This document shows positions 57,738 through 64,000 of a stretch of DNA of 64,000 nucleotides, piece by piece (position 1 is the stretch's first letter; every line of letters starts with the position of its first letter). Position numbers and translations under genes: made by a program. A model generated the notes under the pieces. The model saw only the letters and a program-made list of their open reading frames with translations, had not been told where the DNA came from and made no database searches. Location: positions 55,449-119,448 of the forward strand of contig JBGPSD010000002.1 in NCBI GenBank assembly GCA_041489925.1, read 5' to 3'. This stretch comes from Candidatus Nanoarchaeia archaeon (lineage in GTDB: Archaea > Nanobdellota > Nanobdellia > Woesearchaeales > ARS49).

Positions 57738-57930
57738 TGTGAGTGTAGCGAACAAGCGAGGACAGGCTCGCTGACCGCTGGTCAGCCGCTGTCTGTCCGG
57801 CGCATCACGAAGTGAGCGACGGCAGGCTCGTCAATCGCATTGACCGCTGTCTGTCTGCCGCATCGTGAGCGTAGCGAACGAGCAAAGACAGGCTCGCTGA
57901 CCGCAGTCAGCCGCTGTCTGTCCGGCGCAT
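57738..57930 (+). repeat. Three imperfect tandem structured repeats (68, 58, 67 bp), each ending in the tRNA 3' end
   Basis: CTGTCCGGCGCAT at 57725, 57793 and 57918, variant CTGTCTGCCGCAT at 57851; shared CAGGCTCG-hairpin-CCGCTGT core. Confidence 0.9.
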
Positions 57931-57931
57931 C

Positions 57932-58816
57932 TTATTTCTTCACCAGCTTGTTATGCAAATGCAGAAGGTAATTTGCAATCTCTGTGTTCGCGCGCTTCAT
58001 GTCGCTGAGGACAAAGTCCATGCTTGGGCAGCTGTTGACTTCGATGAGCTGCCACCTGCCTGAGGAGTCTTTCATAAGGTCTATGCCGCACCATTCAAGC
58101 CCAAAGCATTTTGCGGTCTTTGTGCATATCGCTGCAAGCTTTTTGTCAGGCCTGAAGGTCCTGTACTTCTCGTTTTTCCAGAAGAGCTTTCCTTCTTTCC
58201 AGTTTTTGCCGTATTTGGTGATTGACTGGATTATTTTTCCGCCTGCAAGAGTCACCCTGTAGCTTACCTTGCCGTGGGGCACATACCTCTGGGCGACAAG
58301 GGGCATTATCCCTGTTTTCTTGTGCAGTGTTGAAATGACATGGAGTGCCTCTTCGTAGCTCATCGCCCTCTTGACTGCCTTTCCCGTGTCAGAGAACACG
58401 CCCTTGAAAACAACAGGCCCTTCCTCAAGTATCTGCCTGAGCTTTTTCCGCGATGCATTTATGTCCCTTGGAATGTAATAAGTGATTGGCGTTGGCAGCT
58501 TGTGCTTTACGCAGGTCTGGTAGAACAGCCATTTGTCTTCGCGGTAATAGAATGATTTTGACGAGTCAATCACGCGCTTGCCCAGCCCTTCAAATGTCTT
58601 GGCCATCTCAAGCGAGTCGTATGTGTTCGGCATGTCGCCCGCAGTGTTCAGCACAATTTGCAAGCCCCTTGACCGCTCCTTGAGTGTTGAGTATTCAATG
58701 TCTGCCTGAAGCGGAAACATCACAAGGTTGAACTTTTTCTTCAAAACAGGCAAGAGATGCTTTTCAGTCGGGCTTCCGCGCGGTGTTGCTATTATGCCCA
58801 GTGCAGGTTTTTCCAA
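57932..58816 (-). CDS. RimK-like ATP-grasp ligase
   Basis: EDKW, LPTP, VVFKG, QRYV, GIDL, IEVNSCP. Confidence 0.85.
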   Translation of the reverse strand: MEKPALGIIATPRGSPTEKHLLPVLKKKFNLVMFPLQADIEYSTLKERSRGLQIVLNTAGDMPNTYDSLEMAKTFEGLGKRVIDSSKSFYYREDKWLFYQTCVKHKLPTPITYYIPRDINASRKKLRQILEEGPVVFKGVFSDTGKAVKRAMSYEEALHVISTLHKKTGIMPLVAQRYVPHGKVSYRVTLAGGKIIQSITKYGKNWKEGKLFWKNEKYRTFRPDKKLAAICTKTAKCFGLEWCGIDLMKDSSGRWQLIEVNSCPSMDFVLSDMKRANTEIANYLLHLHNKLVKK

Positions 58817-58821
58817 TCAAA

Positions 58822-60501
58822 TCACTTCGTTTTCAGCCCTGTTACGCTGTACACACTTAAAGGTTTTTCCTTTCCTTTGACTTTCAATGGGGGAAGCTTC
58901 GTGGCAATAATCCTATCCTTGCAGTGCTCAAATGTTTTTGCGCCGATTATTATCTGCCCACCTTCTGCCTCGCCGCAAAGCCTTGACGCGGTATTTACCG
59001 TGTCGCCCAATGCTGTGAATTCCTGGCGCTGTGTTGAGCCCATGTTGCCGACAACCGCCCTGCCTGTGTTTACCCCGATTCCTATCTTGATAGGCGGCAT
59101 TCCCTTGCTCTTATTTCTGCACGCTTCCTGCATTTCAATTGCGGTTTTCACTGCGTGATAAGCGTGGTCAGGGTCATTTTCAGGCGAATTAAAAACTGCC
59201 ATTATGCAGTCGCCGATGAACTTGTCAAGTGTTCCGCTGTTCTTGAATACAATGTCTGTCATTTTGCTGAAATAATGGTTCAGCAGGCCAATAACCTGTT
59301 GTGGTGTAAGCTTTTCAGACAGCGCTGTAAACCCGCGGATGTCCACAAAGAGCACGCTGATTTCCTTTTCATGCCCGCCAAGCTCAAGAGATTTCTCGTT
59401 CTTAAGCAAATGGTCAACAACTTCTTTTGAGACATACCTGCCGAAGACAGACAAAATGTGCTTTTTGTGCTTTGCCTCGTTTTTCGCAATATAACTGACG
59501 CTCGCAACACCTGTGATGATTATTGCCAGCGGCAGGTGAATAAGGTTGATAATTATTCCGCGGTTATACAGCACAAGCGCAGAGGCAAACACTCCGACAA
59601 ACAGGATGACTGCGCCTGTCAGAGCCTTTGTTCCTGAAAGCCCCCAGAAAAGCAGGGCTGTCAGCAATGACAGCGCAAAAAGCGCAATCCAGATGCTTTT
59701 TATTGACTGGTAATCTATGAATTTGTGCGTGAGTATTGTCTGGAGCGCATTTGCGTGGATTTCAACCCCGGGCATCCTTTTCCCTTCTGATGTCGGAACA
59801 AGGTAATCATCGTGCAAATCCTGCGCTGTTGCTCCGATAAGGATTATTTTGTCCTTGAGCGCGTCAGGGGGGATGCGGTCATTGATTACATCTGTGAAAG
59901 AAAGCATTTTGAAGCTGTATGGCTTTGCAGCAAAGTTGACAAGCATCCTTTGCCCTGCAAACTCTGGCTTTTTTCCAATGAATTTTTCAGCAATTACAAA
60001 AGAAAGGCTTGGATTTCCATCAATGCCTGATGGGACAGCGCGGGAAATTCCGTCTGAATCTGTGAAAATATTGATTGCGCCTGTGGGAATTCCTTCAAGC
60101 GCGGGAATCGGCAGCAGCCACTCTGTTGTCTTTCCGAATTTTGTAGCTTCACGGGGGATTATTACATTGCCTGCATCCCGCATTGCCCTTCCCAATGCAG
60201 TGTCGTCAATTGAATTGCTTTCTTCAAAGAATGAAACGTCAAAGCCAACAAGCCTTGTGCCATTCAGCTTTTTGAGCAGTTCAACATAATTCTGCCTGCT
60301 CCACGGCCACCTTCCAATTTCCTGCAGGCTTTTGTCATCAACAGCAACAATCACGATGTTGTCAAGGGGCCTTGCTCCGCCGTAAAGCGCGTCAGAAAAC
60401 CTGTTCTGCCAGCCTGAAAGGATTCCCTTGTCTGCCATCAGCCCTATTGTTGCGGAAACAATTATTGCTATCAGAAGAAACGGCAGGATTGGTCTTTTCA
60501 T
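58822..60501 (-). CDS. CHASE2-domain class III adenylate cyclase
   Basis: IGRWPWSR, DSDGISR, MPGVEIHAN, 3 TM, FVDIRGFT, DKFIGD, GDTVNTASRL. Confidence 0.93.
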   Translation of the reverse strand: MKRPILPFLLIAIIVSATIGLMADKGILSGWQNRFSDALYGGARPLDNIVIVAVDDKSLQEIGRWPWSRQNYVELLKKLNGTRLVGFDVSFFEESNSIDDTALGRAMRDAGNVIIPREATKFGKTTEWLLPIPALEGIPTGAINIFTDSDGISRAVPSGIDGNPSLSFVIAEKFIGKKPEFAGQRMLVNFAAKPYSFKMLSFTDVINDRIPPDALKDKIILIGATAQDLHDDYLVPTSEGKRMPGVEIHANALQTILTHKFIDYQSIKSIWIALFALSLLTALLFWGLSGTKALTGAVILFVGVFASALVLYNRGIIINLIHLPLAIIITGVASVSYIAKNEAKHKKHILSVFGRYVSKEVVDHLLKNEKSLELGGHEKEISVLFVDIRGFTALSEKLTPQQVIGLLNHYFSKMTDIVFKNSGTLDKFIGDCIMAVFNSPENDPDHAYHAVKTAIEMQEACRNKSKGMPPIKIGIGVNTGRAVVGNMGSTQRQEFTALGDTVNTASRLCGEAEGGQIIIGAKTFEHCKDRIIATKLPPLKVKGKEKPLSVYSVTGLKTK

Positions 60502-61337
60502 GGCTGTGCTTTTGCCTTCCTGATTGCCTTTGTTATCTGGTATGCCCTTTCAATTTTGCCCTTGAAAATGCCAGGCACCTGTTTGTAGTCAGCATCTATG
60601 TCTGCCTTTCCAGAATCTGCGTCTTCAAGGTATTGTTGCATCTGCGCGTCTGTAACCCCGTATTTTTTCTTCGCAGCACCGAGCAATGCCTTGTTCTTGC
60701 GGATTTCTCGCATCCTGATTTGCTCCAGGTGCTTGATGTATTTTTCCTTGAACTTTGCCGCCCTTGGGTCAATGTCAAAGTTTTCCTCAGTCATCTTGTC
60801 CCCTTTTGCGCGGATTCTCTGCTTTGCCTTTGCAACGAGCTTCTTTGTCGGAGTTTTTATGAAGCCAAACTCGACACTGCCGTCTTCAACATCAACCTCA
60901 TCCTCATCGCCTGATTTCAGGAAGAATTCTGTCCCCCTTACTGTTGCGACAGTGTTCGGCGTTTCAACCTCATAAGAGCTTACTCCGCTTATTCGCGTGA
61001 TTTTGTTCCAGGTCTCTCCTGCGATTTGCTTTATGCTGATTTTGTTCTTGCTTAATTCTGAGAGTTCAACTTCTGTGTTTGGCTCAAGGCTCATCACTTC
61101 CCCTTCCCTTAGGACAACTGATGCGCTTCCTTCTTTTGTGCGGACTTTTGCGCCCTCGCCAAGCTCCATTTCATCAGCTCCTGCAGTCCAGCCATTGCCG
61201 ATATCAACCTCAACCACGCCGTTGTCAATGTACAGTATTGCCGCGGTTATTGGTGATGCTGAAAGTGTCCAGAATGCTGCTGCAAGAACAACAACAACTG
61301 CAAGTGCTCCTCCGCCCCAAACATACTTCTTGTTCAT
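60498..61337 (-). CDS. FecR-domain protein
   Basis: N-terminal TM; VRT, LEPNTEV, VETPNTVATVRGTEF, VEDGSV; ATGA overlap with the cyclase. Confidence 0.88.
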   Translation of the reverse strand: MNKKYVWGGGALAVVVVLAAAFWTLSASPITAAILYIDNGVVEVDIGNGWTAGADEMELGEGAKVRTKEGSASVVLREGEVMSLEPNTEVELSELSKNKISIKQIAGETWNKITRISGVSSYEVETPNTVATVRGTEFFLKSGDEDEVDVEDGSVEFGFIKTPTKKLVAKAKQRIRAKGDKMTEENFDIDPRAAKFKEKYIKHLEQIRMREIRKNKALLGAAKKKYGVTDAQMQQYLEDADSGKADIDADYKQVPGIFKGKIERAYQITKAIRKAKAQP

Positions 61338-61373
61338 TGGCTTCGAAAAACTGTTTTTGGTATAAAAATGCTT

Positions 61374-63092
61374 CTATCTTTTCGCCATCTTCAGAATTTC
61401 CTTTACAGTTGTGGCCTGCTCTGCTGATTTTTCTGGCCTGTAGCGCAGGAATCTTGGGAATCTCAATGCAAGCCCCCTGCCTTTTTCAAGCCCGCAGGTG
61501 TGGTTTGGCGACCTTGTTATTTCAGCGCCAGTGACCTCGATGACAACAGCAGGCTCAAACCATGCATCAGGAGTCATCGATTTGCGTATTTCAAGAAGCG
61601 CAGGCTTGTGGAAAATTTCGTGCTTGCGTAACTTCTTTGGCATTTCTGCAAGGTCTTTGTCAGAAAATCCTGTGCCGAGCTTGCAGAATGTTTCAAAGCG
61701 GTCAGCTGATTCATTGTAAGCTGCGCAAAGCAAGGCTCCATAAGCGCCTGCTCTGCGCCCGCGCCCCCTGTATGCTCCGACGACAACCAAATCAAAAGTG
61801 TCCCGTAATCCCTTGACATATTCCGGCTTCCATTTTACCCAGTGCCATCCGCGCACTCCTGCCTGATAGCTCGAATCCTGCTTCAGGCTCTTGACAACAA
61901 TTCCCTCGCCGCCATTTTCCACTGTTTTGTTGAACAATTCCTCTGCGCAGTCAGGATTGTCGCAAATGATTCGCAAAGCAAGCCTGATTTTGTCAGACTG
62001 CCTGATTGTTTTCTTCAGAATCGCATACCGCTTTGGGTAAGATTCGTGAATCAGGGTTTTTCCATTGCAGTAAAGAATTTCAAATGCGAACAAACACACA
62101 GGAATTTTCTTGATATATTCCTCCACATCATACTTTCTCCTTCTTTGCATTAATAACTGGAACGCTAGAAGGTTTCCTTTCTTGTCAACAGGCATGCATT
62201 CGCCTTCAATCACGCATTCTTTTGCCTTGACGTTTCTTCGCACTGCTTCAACAATGTCAGGGAATTGTGATGTTATGTTCTCCAGTCTTCTTGAATAAAG
62301 CACTATCTTGTTGCCTTTCTTGTGGACTTGTATTCTTTCTCCGTCATATTTCTGCTCAACAGCAAAAGGAACACCCATTTTTCCAGGAATCGCATTCAGG
62401 CTCTTTACGCGCTGGCAGAGCATCATCTGGATTGGAACTCCAAGAGCCACGCCAATCTTCCTGATTCCAGCAAGCCCTTTATTTGCAATTGTGCGGGCAA
62501 TGATTGCGACATCAGGGGAAATCATGAATGCGTGCTCAACCTCTTTCTTTGCCTCTTTTGAGCCTGTAAAAGTGATGCACAATGCGTCAAGCACTGTCTT
62601 GTCTCCGACTCCAAGGCGGAGACTGCCCTGAACAATGCGGGCAAGATAGCGTGCCTCTTTCGCAGAGGCATTTTTCAAAAGCCCTGCAAGAAGCAAAACC
62701 TTGTCCTCCTGGCTTCCTGTGCCAGATGCTTCTGCAATCCTGTGCAGTGTGTCAAAGACTTCTGTGACACTGAGCTCTTTTCTCTTCCTGCCGACAAGCT
62801 CCTCTGCGACAAGCCCTATATCGCCGAGCTTTTTGTAAAGATGGAGCGCTTCTGGCTGTGATGTCCCAGCAGCTTCTGCAACCGCCCGCAAAACCATTTT
62901 CTCAGCCATGCCGAGGTTGATGTCTGCGTAGTCGCTTGCAATCCTTCCAAGAGTAAGGTATGCGACCTTGTCTATCTCGCTTTTTGAGACCTTTTTGAAC
63001 AATCCGGCGAGAATCCTGCGAAGCTCATTTCCAGAACTCGTATTTTCGAGCTGTTCATAAACTTCAGCAAGGTCCTTGAAAAATAGCGCCAT
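61374..63092 (-). CDS. lig: ATP-dependent DNA ligase
   Basis: EQKYDGER, EGIVVK, WVKWK, DLVVVGA, LRFPRF; start placed at ATG 63092. Confidence 0.96.
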   Translation of the reverse strand: MALFFKDLAEVYEQLENTSSGNELRRILAGLFKKVSKSEIDKVAYLTLGRIASDYADINLGMAEKMVLRAVAEAAGTSQPEALHLYKKLGDIGLVAEELVGRKRKELSVTEVFDTLHRIAEASGTGSQEDKVLLLAGLLKNASAKEARYLARIVQGSLRLGVGDKTVLDALCITFTGSKEAKKEVEHAFMISPDVAIIARTIANKGLAGIRKIGVALGVPIQMMLCQRVKSLNAIPGKMGVPFAVEQKYDGERIQVHKKGNKIVLYSRRLENITSQFPDIVEAVRRNVKAKECVIEGECMPVDKKGNLLAFQLLMQRRRKYDVEEYIKKIPVCLFAFEILYCNGKTLIHESYPKRYAILKKTIRQSDKIRLALRIICDNPDCAEELFNKTVENGGEGIVVKSLKQDSSYQAGVRGWHWVKWKPEYVKGLRDTFDLVVVGAYRGRGRRAGAYGALLCAAYNESADRFETFCKLGTGFSDKDLAEMPKKLRKHEIFHKPALLEIRKSMTPDAWFEPAVVIEVTGAEITRSPNHTCGLEKGRGLALRFPRFLRYRPEKSAEQATTVKEILKMAKR

Positions 63093-63172
63093 ACCGCATT
63101 GCAGGATAACTGGTTTAAAAATCTTTATGGTGTTTTGCAGGCAAATGTTTTTATAACAATCTGCCTGCAGCC

Positions 63173-63940
63173 ATGCTGATGCCAAAGGATGATTCATTTT
63201 ACCTGCTTGAGGATACGATTGAGCTGATCAGGGGGATTGAGGAAAATCTTGAGCTTGACAAGCTTGACCTGAAAAAAGAGCTGGACTTGAATGACGCTGA
63301 CACGCGCAAACGGGTCAATGACCTGATAAAAAATCTTGACATTCTGCTTTTAAGGGAAGGGCGTGACCCGCGGATGCTGAAGCTGGTGGTGCAGGTAAAG
63401 GGATTAAAGGAATTTCTTCAGCTGCTGCAAAAAGCGCTTTCAGGAAGCGCCTCATATGCAAAATGGCTTCAGAAGCAGAAAGGCGTTAACACGAAAAAAG
63501 AGGTCAATAACGCAATTGACAGGGTTGTTGCAGGGCTTGGCGAATGGGTTGCTATTGCTGAAGAAAAGGTCCACGCCCACCGGAGTGGTGCTGCGAAAAA
63601 CAAGTATCTCAAGGACCTTCCTTTGCCTGCACAGTCTGATTATTTTTACGTCATGGTCAAGGAGCTGAATCCTTTGCAGACAAAGTACCTGCATCCTTTT
63701 GACCCAAGGCAGCTGGAGAACCAGAAATCAAGGCCTACTAAAGAATTGCTCAAGCCCGACCCCACAGACCCCATATCTGGTTTCAGGATTTTTGAGCAGG
63801 GTGACAACGCGCTTTATCCTGGTTCAGGGGTGAGGATTATCGGCGGGCATCACCGCACTTTTGAGCTTTACCGCAGGTTCTTGCAGGGAAAACTTGACGG
63901 AAACACCCTTGTTCTGATAAAAAAGCGTTATGCTGTCTGA
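63173..63940 (+). CDS. Helical protein with C-terminal ParB/Srx-like domain
   Basis: Coiled N-half; VKELNPLQ...DPI...RIIGGHHRT (cf. GHHR/GxxR). Confidence 0.6.
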   Translation: MLMPKDDSFYLLEDTIELIRGIEENLELDKLDLKKELDLNDADTRKRVNDLIKNLDILLLREGRDPRMLKLVVQVKGLKEFLQLLQKALSGSASYAKWLQKQKGVNTKKEVNNAIDRVVAGLGEWVAIAEEKVHAHRSGAAKNKYLKDLPLPAQSDYFYVMVKELNPLQTKYLHPFDPRQLENQKSRPTKELLKPDPTDPISGFRIFEQGDNALYPGSGVRIIGGHHRTFELYRRFLQGKLDGNTLVLIKKRYAV

Positions 63941-64000
63941 ATTATTTTTTGTAAAGGGGCTGCTGGCTCAAGAATGCGTCGGTGAAATATCCGCCGTCAG

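Noticed and set aside
57738..57930. CRISPR array or prophage att site
   Set aside because: Whole units are homologous, so there are no unique spacers; no cas or integrase gene is in the window.
63093..63197. N-terminal extension of DNA ligase
   Set aside because: Spans the divergent promoter region; ATG at 63092 fits the family start.
63942..64000. 3' end of a minus-strand gene (...DGGYFTDAFLSQQPLYKK*)
   Set aside because: Too short at the window edge to support a call.

Overview
Gene-dense archaeal chromosomal segment, most likely from a DPANN archaeon of the Woesearchaeota type (inference). Evidence: archaeal L10e, Nog1 GTPase, archaeal-type TIM, PGI/PMI, ATP-dependent DNA ligase, EndoQ, an intron-containing tRNA-Leu, TATA/BRE promoters and many class III signal-peptide proteins. 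No rRNA, CRISPR array, integrase or transposase was seen. Main points: (1) a ~17 kb, largely translationally coupled operon (24.1-40.9 kb) of two paralogous modules, each with a large pilin-like protein, a giant Ig/Cys-rich membrane protein and a polytopic membrane protein, a candidate undescribed host-contact apparatus; (2) an accessory block (13-18.6 kb) with an NDK-like/radical-SAM pair, a deaminase next to EndoQ, a RelE-like fusion and a beta-barrel-like lipoprotein; (3) an internally duplicated NTase-NTase-HEPN-HEPN protein in an operon with an HExxH protein; (4) three structured repeats that each end in a copy of the tRNA-Leu(CAG) 3' end; (5) a FecR + CHASE2 adenylate cyclase pair; (6) several apparent pseudo-enzymes (HIT pair, UppS-like, receiver and HPr-like); (7) a recurrent juxtamembrane TG motif. 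All assignments come from motif recognition by eye; no searches were run.
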